A stretch of DNA of 64,000 bases from Octopus sinensis (taxonomy: Eukaryota): positions 37,336,464 through 37,400,463 of the forward strand of contig NC_043011.1 in the NCBI RefSeq assembly GCF_006345805.1, written 5' to 3'. A program made the position numbers and the translations under genes. Under the pieces are notes generated by a model. It had not been told where the DNA came from. It made no database searches and worked only from the letters and a program-made list of their open reading frames with translations. Of the stretch, positions 39,965 to 53,659 are shown piece by piece (positions within the stretch are counted from its first letter, which is position 1; each line of letters starts with the position of its first letter).

Positions 39965-41212
39965 ATTATATATATATCTGATATGTTAAATAGATACGTG
40001 GAAGAAATTTACGAATCTCGGATTCCATTTGAAAAGGTTCACAATCGCACGAACCATTCAGAAGTGGGAAACGAAGAAGAACAATATTTTATAGCCTCAG
40101 GCCGACCTAAACCTTGTGAGTGAATTTCTTACACAGAAACTGAAAGAAGGCTGTTGTAGATATGTGGTTATTTGTGCGTGCGTGTGTGTAAGTATGTGTG
40201 CGTCTGTGTGTTGTGTGTCTGTGTCTGGTTATACCCCCACTATTGCATGACATACGTTGAAGCTGTGTTTACATTCCCATAACTGAGCGGTTCGGAAAAA
40301 GTCACTGATAGAATAAGTACTAGGCTTACAAAAAATAAATTCTGTAGGCGATTTGTTCAACCAACGGCCGTGCTCCAGCATCGCCGCATCCATACGACTG
40401 AAACAATAAAACATACTATGCCATTTCAATTCCGAGCAAGAGCAAGTATCTCTGCTAGTTATATATATGTCTGTGTGTGTTTGTGTGTGTATATATATAT
40501 ATTAATATATATATATATTATATATATATATATATATATAATATATATATAATATATTTATATATATATAATATATATATATTTATATATATATATATAT
40601 ATATTATTTATATATATATTATATATATATATTTATATATATATATATATAATATATTTATATATATATATTTATATATATATATTATATATATATCTGA
40701 TATGTTAAATAGATACGTGGAAGAAATTTACGAATCTCGGATTCCATTTGAAAAGGTTCACAATCGCACGAACCATTCAGAAGTGGGAAACGAAGAAGAA
40801 CAATATTTTATAGCCTCAGGCCGACCTAAACCTTGTGAGTGAATTTCTTACACAGAAACTGAAAGAAGGCTGTTGTAGATATGTGGTTATTTGTGCGTGC
40901 GTGTGTGTAAGTATGTGTGCGTCTGTGTGTTGTGTGTCTGTGTCTGGTTATACCCCCACTATGCATGACATACGTTGAAGCTGTGTTTACATTCCCATAA
41001 CTGAGCGGTTCGGAAAAAGTCACTGATAGAATAAGTACTAGGCTTACAAAAAATAAATTCTGTAGGCGATTTGTTCAACCAACGGCCGTGCTCCAGCATC
41101 GCCGCATCCATACGACTGAAACAATAAAACATACTATGCCATTTCAATTCCGAGCAAGAGCAAGTATCTCTGCTAGTTATATATATGTCTGTGTGTGTTT
41201 GTGTGTGTATAT

Positions 41213-41281
<69 letters not shown>

Positions 41282-41333
41282 ATATATACACATATATGTG
41301 TATATATGTATGTATATATATATATATAAATAT

Positions 41334-41375
<42 letters not shown>

Positions 41376-41586
41376 AACACACACAGACATATATATAACT
41401 AGCAGAGATACTTGGTCTTGCTCGGAATTGAAATGGCATAGTATGTAGATAACCACATATCTACAACAGCCTTCTTTCAGTTTCTGTGTAAGAAATTCAC
41501 TCACAAGGTTTAGGTCGGCCTGAGGCTATAAAATATTGTTCTTCGTCGTTTCCCACTTCTGAATGGTTCGTGCGATTGTGAACCTT
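39630..41586. repeat. Near-identical tandem and inverted duplications separated by (TA)n tracts (719-bp period), containing a SINE A fragment
   Basis: 39630-39690 is the reverse complement of 39976-40036; 39976-40495 is nearly identical to 40695-41208; 41371-41586 is an inverted copy with an internal deletion. Confidence 0.9.
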
Positions 41587-42226
41587 GTATGTTTCTGATT
41601 TGGTATTTAAAGTTCCGTTTCTGCCTGCTTTACTATCCTTCTCATTCTATAATCTCAATATGTTTCACACCAAACACTTATCCATAACAATCTCACATCG
41701 TGCTTATTAGCATTGAATATAGTATGAAGTAGCTCTCGAAATTATTGCTCGGTGTCAAATATGACAAAGAAAACTACAGCCAGTTTCCCAACTTTGAATA
41801 TTTATTCGCCCGGTTACCAATATCGGCTCCGAATTCCTCTAGTTTCGTTATTTCCATACTCCTAACTTCCCCAGCCTTTCTTTCTTACCACTGAACGTTT
41901 TGTGTGATTGTCACATCATATCGCTGTGTCCTCTGATATTAAATACACAGCAGCCAAGTAGCATAGTTGTATGATTGAACTAGTAAAATTGTCAAAATTT
42001 TGCGAAAAAGTCATTCGTAATACTCATATATTTCAACGTCTGGATTGATAGTTGTAACACATCAATATATACAATGCATTTATAAATTACATGTTAAACA
42101 TATGAAAATAGCCTTTCAACACGGCTTTACAGTTATAAATGTTTATGTACAGTTCATTTCAGTTCACTGGAAAAAAATCTCTCTTATATATAATCCAGGA
42201 ATATATAAAAAAAATTTGGAAAAACC

Positions 42227-42720
42227 TTAAACAAACTGAGAAATGTTTTTTGAAAAATGTACAATTCTACAACTTTTAGTCTTTTTCACTTGGGTAGGGG
42301 ATTTCAGAATTGACTTTTGAGTGTTTCCATTAACCTTAGATTTGCTGTTTTGAATATCCCTCTGTTTCAAATTATGTCGATATATATTGCTCGCATCTTC
42401 ATTTCCATGACATGAATATTGGTTGAAATAAGCTTTTTTTACTCTGTCTAAACTGACATTCGCTTTTTTACCAAAGAGATTTTTAGCCAAAGTCATAGTT
42501 GACCAAACTTTAAAAGGTCCCGTGTATTTTAATTTCAGTGAATTATGAGTAGTATCATTACGTACAAATACACGAGTCCAAGAATTTATATCAGAAGGAA
42601 CGAAACTTTTAACATTCAGTAATTTTCTCGTAAAAGAAGGAATATCAATAAGAATTCTCTTAAGACGTGTTATATAATTATTAACATCTCCATTAAAAGA
42701 ATTGAAATCATATAAAAATA
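42227..42720 (-). mobile_element. Ty3/Gypsy integrase C-terminal (GPY/F) fragment
   Basis: The open frame upstream of the listed ORF reads FVPSDINSWTRVFVRNDTTHNSLKLKYTGPFKVW...GKKANVSLDRVKKAY and ends KTKSCRIVHFSKNISQFV*. Confidence 0.8.
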
Positions 42721-43717
42721 TTCTTTAACTGTATTTTCAGAATTCCTATATGAGCAGTTATTTCAACCAATGGGAAAACGACAATCATATTTCTTCGACA
42801 ATACGACATTACGTCATATTGCCAGTAACCACAAATTGGCGGTACTATTTGAAAATGTGTACACGCTACATCCGCTTTTCGCCAAAGTCGGGGACGGTTT
42901 TTTTATAGCTGATGTTTTATGGTTACTGTTAGTGTAACGCTACTTTTATGTGTCTCGTATTTGGAAATAGATAAATATATGTTACTTTTGAAGTAAAGTT
43001 ATATATTGAGAAACCCGTCACTTATAACTTACTTATAAGTGTTATCATTATACGTAAATTGTGACCCCAGCTACACAAAGGCCATAGCGAGAAATATATT
43101 CTCTGAAACGCTAACGGACATTTTATGAGAGCATGTATGTTGAAGATAAATAAATTCGTGTTCTTATAAACCGTTATAAAGAAATACAGTTTCACAATTA
43201 CAGAAATAAATTTCATTAATAAGTTGAAGAACGTGAAGAAAGAAAATAATTACTACATTATTTTATATATGTACGTTTAGCATTTGTAATATTTATAATA
43301 CAATTTGAAGTAAATTAATTTTGTCCTAGAGAATTTCGACTTAAAATTTACACTAACTAATTCTTCACGCTAACTATATAGATCTCAACAAATCAAACAT
43401 GTCTTATTGGATTTTGCCTAGACATGGCACAACAAAATAACCAATGTCTCAAAGGAGTGAGTGTCGTGGAATTTGGTTACATCCCACAAACACTAATGTT
43501 TTCCCTCAAAATCCAGGGTTTTTATAACTGCTCACTTGACTTTCAAGAATAGAAATCACATAAAAATATTCTTTAACTAATTTTCAGAATTCCTATATGA
43601 GCAGTAATTTCAACCAATGAGAAAACGACAATCATATGTATTCGGCAACACGACATTACGTCATCTTTCCAGCTACCACAAATTGGCGGTACTGTTTGAA
43701 AATGGCTACACGCTACA
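42704..43717 (+). repeat. Pair of about 166-bp diverged direct repeats (42704-42870, 43552-43717)
   Basis: Both read GAAATCA(T/C)ATAAAAATATTCTTTAACT...CAACCAATG...ACATTACGTCAT...AATTGGCGGTACT...ACACGCTACA. Confidence 0.85.
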
Positions 43718-43744
43718 AACTCATCATATTGATGTGTCCTCTTC

Positions 43745-43965
43745 TACTACTAAATCCACAACCACCGAGTAGAATATTTGGCTGCCTTCCATTGAACTAC
43801 TTTTCGATCCTCTGCCTTCCATCTTATAGCATACTATCCAACAACACTCATCCGCGATTAGGTTCTCATCTTCTATCCATCCCTATTTCTGTTGGTTATT
43901 ACGTGAACAATATACTCATCGTTGATGAGCTCAAAACGTCCTCTTGTTGCACTCCACTTAGCAAA
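43745..43965 (-). mobile_element. Possible LINE RT remnant
   Basis: LSGVQQEDVLSS and NLIADE resemble GVxQGDxLSP and YADD; very degenerate. Confidence 0.35.
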
Positions 43966-44720
43966 CGAAATTACTGACACTGAATTTTTCTTCTGGATTT
44001 ATTAGCTAATATATAATTTGCTATTCTGGAAACAGCTCCTGTCTTCACAAAGTAAAGATATTTTAACTCAGTTAGTAAAGCAAGCTTGTCAATCTTGACA
44101 GGAATGTACAATAAATAAAATAAAATAAGTAAAAGCCAACAAAATACATATAAAATTAAAAATTAAATGCAAAAAACTTCTTTCAGTGACAATACAAAGA
44201 AAAGACATTACAGCATAATGGTTTTTATAATTTTTCTGTTTTTGTGTAATGGTTCAGCTTATTGTATTTCACGAAGTGGCAAAAATTTTAATTAAAGGAT
44301 TTGTCTTTTTAATTTTTTATAAAATTCTTCATTCTACTGATTTTTAATTTTGTTTATTTTATTCAGCTGATTTATTTTGCATATTTTATTTTTGCGGTTT
44401 TAATTTGTGCTTCAGCACTCCAAGTACCTACCTATCAAACTTCGATGAGAATTTTTGCTTTGTGATTTGTTCTATTCTCAATAATTGACTAAATAATGTA
44501 TTTAGGAATCTCAATCATGTATTTTTTTATTCCTTTATATTTCTGCTATTTTTTTTTGTCTTCCATTTGATTGATTGATTGCTTATTTTTGGCTTTTGTT
44601 TATTCGCAGCTTGTTTAATTTATTCTGTATTTTTATTTTCGTATATTTTGTATTTTGTTCAGAATTGTATTCTTAGCACATGGTTTAGTAATTGATCTTT
44701 TTTCAAAGATACTTTTTGTT

Positions 44721-44734
<14 letters not shown>

Positions 44735-44773
<39 letters not shown>

Positions 44774-44784
44774 GTTGTTGTTGA

Positions 44785-44823
<39 letters not shown>

Positions 44824-44876
44824 TATTATTATTATTATTGTTGTTGTTGTTGTTGTTGTGGTTATTGTTGTTGTTG

Positions 44877-44919
<43 letters not shown>

Positions 44920-44948
44920 TACTATTATTATTATTGTTATTATTATTA

Positions 44949-45005
<57 letters not shown>

Positions 45006-45014
45006 TATTACTAC

Positions 45015-45050
<36 letters not shown>

Positions 45051-45074
45051 TACTATTATTATTATTATTACTAC

Positions 45075-45115
<41 letters not shown>

Positions 45116-45150
45116 TACTACTATTATTATTATTATTATTATTATTATTG
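44735..45150. repeat. (TG)n-(ATT/GTT/ACT)n array
   Basis: Directly visible. Confidence 0.95.
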
Positions 45151-45703
45151 TTGTTATTTAGTGCTAAACTTTTTTGTCGAAAAAGTTTTCACTTCAGCAA
45201 AATAGGAACGAATAAATAAATGAACGAATCAAACATGAACATCGACTAAAAAAAAAGAAGCAAAATTGAAAAAAAACAAAACAAACAAAAAACAGTAACA
45301 AACGAAGCAAAAACAAATAAAAATATCCAACTATAATTTATAACAAACTTTAAAATAGAATACATAACAACAACAACAATAGCAACAACAGTATCAACAA
45401 TCAACATACTAATAGAAAAAAAAGCAAATCATAATAAAACTGAACCAAATAGAGTTAACACCAAATTTTAGTAAATAAAATTTAAAATAGCTGCTCCATA
45501 TTTAAAATTAGCCAGACAATCAGACCAGACACTTGGATACATACCATTGATTCGCAGGAATTAAATTGAGTGTAATAAGCTGTGAAACACACTAAAATAA
45601 AACGCTAATGTTATCTAAATGCTGTCTTTCAGCCAGCCATTCGTTCGATCTTTCTTTATTTTTAATTCAATTTCATACTGATGGTATTATTATCATCATA
45701 ATC

Positions 45704-45748
<45 letters not shown>

Positions 45749-45997
45749 GTTGTTGTTGTTGTTGCTGTTGTTGTTGTTGTTGTTGTTGTTATTCGATTCA
45801 TTTTTCTCAGCATGATCAGACAAATTAGTTGTAGCTCTAAGCACAAAAGAAATAAATCACATCCTATTAGCAAGAATGATGAAATGTATACACAATCTCA
45901 CAGACACACGCGCATACATAATCAGACAGTGGTACACACATACACACACACAAACCTTGTTGTGTGCAATTATCTGTGTATATCTGTATGCATATAT

Positions 45998-46040
<43 letters not shown>

Positions 46041-48909
46041 TATGTATATATATAACGCTTACATATACATATGTATATAAATACGTAATACGCATATATG
46101 AATATATGTGGTTATATAGAGATATGTACACATCGTTTCATGTATTTGTATGTATATATAGATACAATGTGTGTGTTTAAAACCATATGGATGCTCTTTA
46201 CTACGAATTATTTAATCTCGTGCAATAGCATATCGGGGATTGTATTGTTGAATAGTTTTTTCGCTGCTTGGCTTTGGCGAGAGCGTTCATGATATCAATG
46301 CTTAATTACTCTGATGGAGACCTCGGGAAAGACATTTTATACATAGTGAATGCAGTGGAGAAGCTGTATAAGCTATAGTGAAGCATTGTCATTTTGTAGT
46401 TAAGTTAAAAGACTGCTGTCCCCCAGGAGATGTGCAGTACATCTGCACTATGTGGGTCAGATGAGAGGTATGTGAAATGTGAATGTAATTTAATGGTTAC
46501 AATTTTATCATTACTTGTTTTTATTTGTTTTGAAAGCGAGACAGAAAAAACGTTCAAGCATATAATCCACGAACAACTACTTATAGGTGAAAGTTTCACC
46601 ACACCATCAGCCGACGAGTGCAGAATCAAACATATCCTACATCTTCGAAAGCGTAAACTGATAATTATCTTTATGATGGATATGGAACCGAAACGTATCT
46701 CAGATATATACTATGATGGTGCTTTTCTTTCACTGATACTGCTTATGTCCACCATATCAGTATCACCGAAATTTAAGTAGCGTTGCTTGTGTGGAATCTA
46801 TTAGATTTTGTTTGGAACGATTGGACCGCCATTTGAAACAACGGCTGATTTACTTAATGGCAAAGGACTAGAAAATTTGGAGACTACATTTAATTCTCTC
46901 AATGCTACAGTCTTCTTGACAGTTTCGTTGGATATTAACAGAAATCTCGTCTTTCGTTGAATCATACAAAAGGATATAACTTGTTCTCTCATAAATTCTC
47001 TTTACATCCGTCCGGCACGTAAATTTCTCGTCATCTGGAGTGAAACTCTACAGAAATGTTTTCCTTTATTTTCTATTTCTCTGTTTTCATCTGCTCCACT
47101 GTCTTCGCGATCCCTTTGACGGTACCTTGTCCTTGTCTTCATTTAGTTAAGTGATAATCAACAATCTCATCATCATCGATGTTTAATCAGCCCTCGACGT
47201 TTTCTTCTGAAATCTTTTTGTTTATCGCTAGACACTTTTGATTAGTCACACTCCTGACATACTCGCGAAAATCACGAATAATTCTTATTTCCAGTAGAAA
47301 TACAAAATTCTGTGTTAAGCAAGTCTAATACCTTACTCGCCACGATGCATTAAGATTGGTCACCATTTGCGCCTACCGACTAGCAAAGTACTCCATTCGG
47401 AATTATTCCAAGGAGAAGATAGTGAATATATTGCGTCATTTAAATTAGATTTCCTTAAGAAATAGACTGGAAGCTTCATATTTAGAGCAAGAAGAAGATA
47501 ATACATGAACTTTGAATTTTATTTAAGTGTCAGTAAATACAATGCCAAATGACAATGATGGACCGAACGTGTTGCATTTTATAAAAACTTACACTTTGGG
47601 TTGCACTGAAAAGGGACTAAAATCAAAAATATTTTATAGATTTTTTTAGGTCCATAAATGCGCTCTAGCAGTACATTTGTAGTAATTTTCAAACGATTCA
47701 AGAAAATGATTACTCTTTTGTCACTTATTATAATTACTGTGCTAGTTAACTAGCGCAATGATTCTAAATACAATGTTATTACACATTTAGAAGATTATTC
47801 CTTAGACCACTTATTATTCAACTTAGGTTTGTTGGTTCTGCAGCAATCATGTTGTTACTGCACATTTGAAATTCTTACTTTCAAATGAACGTCCCTCAAT
47901 CTTGGTTAACGGTTTTACGTAGCTTACGACCGCTAAACAGAGCGGATTGTTCAGTTCTATACACTTGTTGCAATAAGTTCATTGTTTTTGTTACGTCTAA
48001 CGGTGGATATGCATCCACAAACTGTGTTCTGTTCACTGTGGACAATACATTTTACCGCACTCATTGTATAACACACATCCACGTCTCTCCATAAGATTGT
48101 CCAAGTATCCTGGCGAATATTCAGTGAATCTCTAACTTTAGTTCTCTAGGGAATATTCAGGCGTCTTCGATAGTCATAATTCTAAAAAAAAAAACTTTAC
48201 ACAATTTTTATGTCGAAGCATAAATTTCCTTACAAACATACCGTCAAGTCTATACTCTTGGAATCTTTCAGACTTTGCCGATTCGTTTAAATGTTTGCGA
48301 TTTCCTTTTCAAGAAAAAGTTTTGAAAGTTTCTCCTTCTGTTTCAATAAATCATACGTGGTAGACTATCTAACCTCAGTGTACTCAGATATATATTTTAC
48401 AGGATTGTATTCCTGTACTTTTTCCGCAACTATACCATTTAAATAAAAATTAAAATACCATGTTTTATATATGTAAGCTTTCTAACACTATCACTAATTG
48501 GTGGTCTGCTAGATCTCTTAGTTGACTTCATGTAGGACCGAATTTATGAAATTTATAGGAGTATATCATTAGAATACTGCGAGATGCTGTGTAAACTGAT
48601 CTGAGTATCACCTCATTGCCAAATACACGAAATAATGGCGGCACTTGTTAAACTCTTCGCATGGGGATCCTTGATCCGAAGACGGATTAACATTTACTTT
48701 TCTTTTGTACACACACACACATTTACTCATACATGCACAAACAAATCTGTACATGTACGAGTAAGAGATAACTATTGTAAAATTCTGAGGCAAGCAGAAT
48801 AACAAACTAGTGATAAATGGTGCCTAACACCTAAAAATAACTGTGAATGGAAAAGTGATAAAAACAGCAACACAAAAACTGTACAATGAAGGTATATACG
48901 GCACTAAAT

Positions 48910-49225
48910 ATAAGAGGAGAGGCGCTATCGTTTCAACTAATACACCTACCGAAAGTGAAGAAACTAATGAAGACGTGAAAGACGGGTTCTATCGTTTCAG
49001 TTAACATACTTAGCGAAAGTGAGGATAATAATGAAGAAAAGGTCTTGGTCGTTTCAATTAATACATTAATAGAAAGGGAGAAAAGCAATGAAGAAATAAC
49101 AGAAGGACTGTATTGTTTTAATTAATACCATTAACGAAAGTGAAGGGAATAATGACGAAATAAGAGAAGAGTTCTATTTTTTTAATTAATAGACTTAACA
49201 AAGGAGAAAAAAAATAATGAGTGTT
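48910..49225. repeat. Diverged minisatellite, about 64-bp unit, 5 copies
   Basis: TCGTTTCA-like cores at 48928, 48992, 49049, 49113 and 49177. Confidence 0.8.
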
Positions 49226-49334
49226 ACAATACTCACAGTTGAAATGAAGATTTCCAACTTACAATGTTTGTTTACATGGTCGGTCTTGTGCGGGCATGTA
49301 CGTATGTGTTTATCTTTTTGGTAGCATTATCTTT

Positions 49335-49770
49335 TTATTTGTTTCAGTCCTTAGGTTGCAGCCATGCTTGACCACCACTTTGACGAAATTTAGTCAAACG
49401 AATCAACTACTGTACAAATAACTTTAGAAGCCTGGTAATTATTTTATCGGATCTTCTACCATAACGTCAAGTTACGGGGATGTAAACACACCAACACCGG
49501 CAGCGGGGAACACAGACACACAATCACACACAAATACACTCTCGCACACACACACACACGTAGCGATGTTCATATATATATATGCATATATATACATATA
49601 ACAGGCCTCTTTTCGTTATGTTGTCTACAAAATCCACTCATTTGCAAGGTGTTAGTTGCCCCATGGATACAGTTGAAGACGAACTTCGAAGGTACCACTG
49701 TGTGGAACTCGCAGCCATATCCTTGGGAAGCAAACTTTTACCACACAGTCACGCTTACGCCTATGCCACA
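49335..49770 (-). mobile_element. SINE group A, old diverged copy
   Basis: Reverse complement similarity to group A head and tail. Confidence 0.7.
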
Positions 49771-50481
49771 TACAAATATACGTATGCACACGTAAACACA
49801 CATAGACACCTCTCTGAAACACACATATAAACACATACATGTATATATATATATACATACATACATATATTTATATATATATATCTACATTATATATATA
49901 TATATATATAATATATATATATATATAGTACTTAGGGTCAGATAGATTGACACTTTCAGTGGCCAACATATAAAGAAACTGATTAAGAACTGATGGCTAA
50001 TCACCTCAGTGTCCTGACATTTATTCCCTGATGCATTGTGACGTTATAACCCTCTAGTTAAATGTAGTTCATATACTTTAGTGGATAACGAATTACAGGT
50101 AATTAATGTTGATTAATGTAATTAACTATCATTGAGTTGTTGGTAATTAAATGATTTCTCGTAGAATTATGGATATTTAATATCATTCAGTGGTCTTATT
50201 AGAAATAATTCTAGCAGCATTGATAAACAAACATAAAACTGTCACACAGTATACATACAAAGATAATATTATACTCAAAAGAGAAGAGAAATTGCTGCTC
50301 TAGTACACATTAAGGGTCCACTAATCAGAAACAGAACAGTGAGGAAGAAACAAGAAATGAAATAGTGTTGCAATAAGAAGCAAATTTTCATAATTTTGCA
50401 TTACCCTCGCTGGCGCCCGGGTTCAAAATGTTGCAAGAAGCTGCAATGCAAGTTAGAGCGTAAAGTAATATACTCTCATGT

Positions 50482-50711
50482 CTGGGGAGAGTCATTTTCT
50501 TTTTGTGCCTTATAATTTAACACATTCATCGGTAAAATTTCCACTTATTTCTTATTTTTATTTTCCTAAAATTTTCGTTGCGTCTTGCAACCTTTTGAAT
50601 AGTCTTGAAGAAATATTGAAAATGTTGCAAGACGAGACGAAGAAATAAGTGGAAATTTTACTGGTGAGTGTGTTAAATTATAAGGCACAAAACGAAAATG
50701 ACTCTCCCCAG
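50482..50711. mobile_element. MITE or foldback element with long terminal inverted repeats
   Basis: CTGGGGAGAGTCATTTTC...TTCCACTTATTTCTT versus AAGAAATAAGTGGAA...GAAAATGACTCTCCCCAG, plus inner GTCTTGCAAC/GTTGCAAGAC; no clear TSD. Confidence 0.7.
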
Positions 50712-50839
50712 CAACAACAGAATATGCTTCAATACACGAACTCACATAAAGAATTTTGCAAACCAAATCCAAAAACGAAATATACAGTCACAAATTTTGA
50801 AAATGATATTTTAAATAAAATATTGGTTTGAAATTTTTA

Positions 50840-51205
50840 ACACGAGGCTAGCAATTGGGTGGGTGAGTGTAAGTGGATTACATGGCCCCCAGTTCTTACT
50901 GTTAATCATTTTTTAGGCCCCGAAAAGATGAAAGATAATGTCGATCTCAGGTAGAATTTGAACTTAGGAGGGATGAAATAACACTAAGAGTTTTACCTAG
51001 CGGGATAACGAATTTTCGCATCTCACACAGTTTTCAGTAAAGAATTAGTTTAAAATTTTGGTAAAAGAGCAGATTTGGGGGGAAGGAGGGAAGTGCTACT
51101 TATTCTATCGACCCAGAAACACAGGAAAGTTGCCCTTGGCGGAATTTGAACACAAAAACTGACGAAATGCCACTAAGAACTCGCCCGGCGTGCTGACGAT
51201 TCTGA
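50840..51205 (-). mobile_element. SINE group B, diverged dimer
   Basis: GGCGGAATTTGAAC and CGCCCGGCGTGCT remnants. Confidence 0.7.
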
Positions 51206-51974
51206 TAACTTTAATTTTGAGTAAAATATTGAAAGAATGTTTTATCACCATGAAATTCTTTTCAATATCCCAACTATTCTATCCTGAACTCTGTAAAATT
51301 TTCCGTTAGAATAATATTTCTCTTATTCGAAATGTATTCTAGATATAATAGGAGAAATTTCACTGTTACATGGAATTCGTGATCAGCAGCATGGCTATTA
51401 TTTTATTATATAAAAGGTTAAAATTTTAGCTGTATAACTTGACTGTTTCTATCGTCCTTACCATGACAGAATTCTTTGTGTATTTCACTGCCATTTCACG
51501 ACTTCCGTTTGTTAACGCATCCAAAATACAAGCCTTTTATGCTAAGCAAAATTACTCTCTTTAAATCTGAAATGAGACGCCAATGGAATCGTGTGAATTT
51601 GCTGCAGTTATCCATTAGAACAAATTAAATGACAACACCGCTAAAATCCACCTCATTTATTTGCATGCAGTCAATCACCAACAAATTCAGAGGCAAACTC
51701 CCTTCACCCTATGATATTTATAACGTAACAAAACGGCAACTGTTATGTGGTGTTTGCTGGTTGCGTACCGAAACTATCCTCTTTATGTCGAAATGCATTA
51801 TATATATATATATTTTATTCATTATTTTCTGGTTTCCTTAAGACCTGAAGCGGAAAAAGACAGTAAACGGACTCTACCCCGACTCAGGAACCGAGTAATG
51901 CTAGGCATTTTACGAATAAAGAGATCTAAAAATTAGCTATTTGTCCTGCTATGGCAAAGTAAACTTATACTATA

Positions 51975-51996
51975 CATGTATGTGTTTGTATATAAG

Positions 51997-52046
<50 letters not shown>

Positions 52047-52096
52047 CACACACATATATATATATGTATATATATGTATATACACACACACATATA

Positions 52097-52139
<43 letters not shown>

Positions 52140-52153
52140 ACACACCACATATA

Positions 52154-52196
<43 letters not shown>

Positions 52197-52221
52197 ACAC
52201 ACACACATATATATATATGTA

Positions 52222-52252
<31 letters not shown>

Positions 52253-52370
52253 GTATACACACACACATATATATATATATGTATATATAATATATATATA
52301 ATATATATGTATATATGTATACACACACATATATATATGTATATATATATTATATATATATAATATATAT

Positions 52371-52410
<40 letters not shown>
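51975..52410. repeat. (TA)n/(CA)n array with recurring GTATACACACAC sub-unit
   Basis: Directly visible. Confidence 0.9.
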
Positions 52411-52413
<3 letters not shown>

Positions 52414-52934
52414 GATATATTCTCCTGGGTATATGTACCTACACATACGCATACGCGCACATACGCATGCTCAAATATGGGAATATATAAATGTAAATAT
52501 ACTAGCCTTGAGTAGTTTATGAATTAGTTAGTTTTAGATATCGCATACAATTACCGGTTACTAATTCAGATATAACTCAATATGTGAGGCATATAGATCT
52601 CGCGAGGCCAATTTGAATGTTTGTTACGATTGATCGCGCTTTAATTTACATGTTTTAAATTTACATCTAATTTTGTGGTCCTATATGTGTTGTATGAATT
52701 TTGAAATATGTACCTTTACCTATGGAGAATACCGATAACTACATGATACAGCTAAAGTAATATTTATACTAATATTTACCGCGTTAACTCTCGCATCTCC
52801 TGTTTATGTGGTGCTTGCTTAATTACAAATCTCTTCCATGTTTTCAATGAAGAAACATGTTGTATTTGAATGAAGATCCTACATGTAACTTAAAACTTGA
52901 TTAATACAAAGGAACATTCGAATAGTCCTCACAA

Positions 52935-52950
52935 GTAAACTCTACACATC

Positions 52951-52999
<49 letters not shown>

Positions 53000-53346
53000 A
53001 TGTATGGATATATATATATATATATGTATATGTATGGATATATATATATATAATGTATGTATGTATGGATATATATATAAATGTATATATATATATATAT
53101 ATATATTATATCTTTATATATAGATATATATATATTATATATATATATATATATTATATATGTATGTATATATATATATATGTATGGATATATATATAAT
53201 GTATGTATGTATGGATATATATATATATGTATGTATATATATATAAATGTATATATATATAGATATATATATATCTTTATATATATATAATATATATATA
53301 TCTTTATATATATATAATATATATATATATCTTATATATATATATA

Positions 53347-53407
<61 letters not shown>

Positions 53408-53563
53408 ATGTATATATATATGTTTGTATATAAGTATATATACTTACATACATATCCGATCATCTATGTGTGTAGTGCGTGTATATTTAGGTACCTGTGT
53501 ATATATACACGTATACTCACAAATATACATATATTCAGGCATACACTCACAATCTCTCAATCA

Positions 53564-53635
<72 letters not shown>
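52935..53635. repeat. (TA)n-dominated compound microsatellite
   Basis: Directly visible. Confidence 0.9.
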
Positions 53636-53637
<2 letters not shown>

Positions 53638-53659
53638 TAATGTCGTTTGTAAAATCGCA

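Noticed and set aside
42227-42330. SILK and RVxF-like motifs (KSILK...RIVHF) suggesting a PP1 regulator
   Set aside because: The upstream frame is a Gypsy integrase GPF module, and such pol tails commonly end in a TRSGRxVxF-like sequence.
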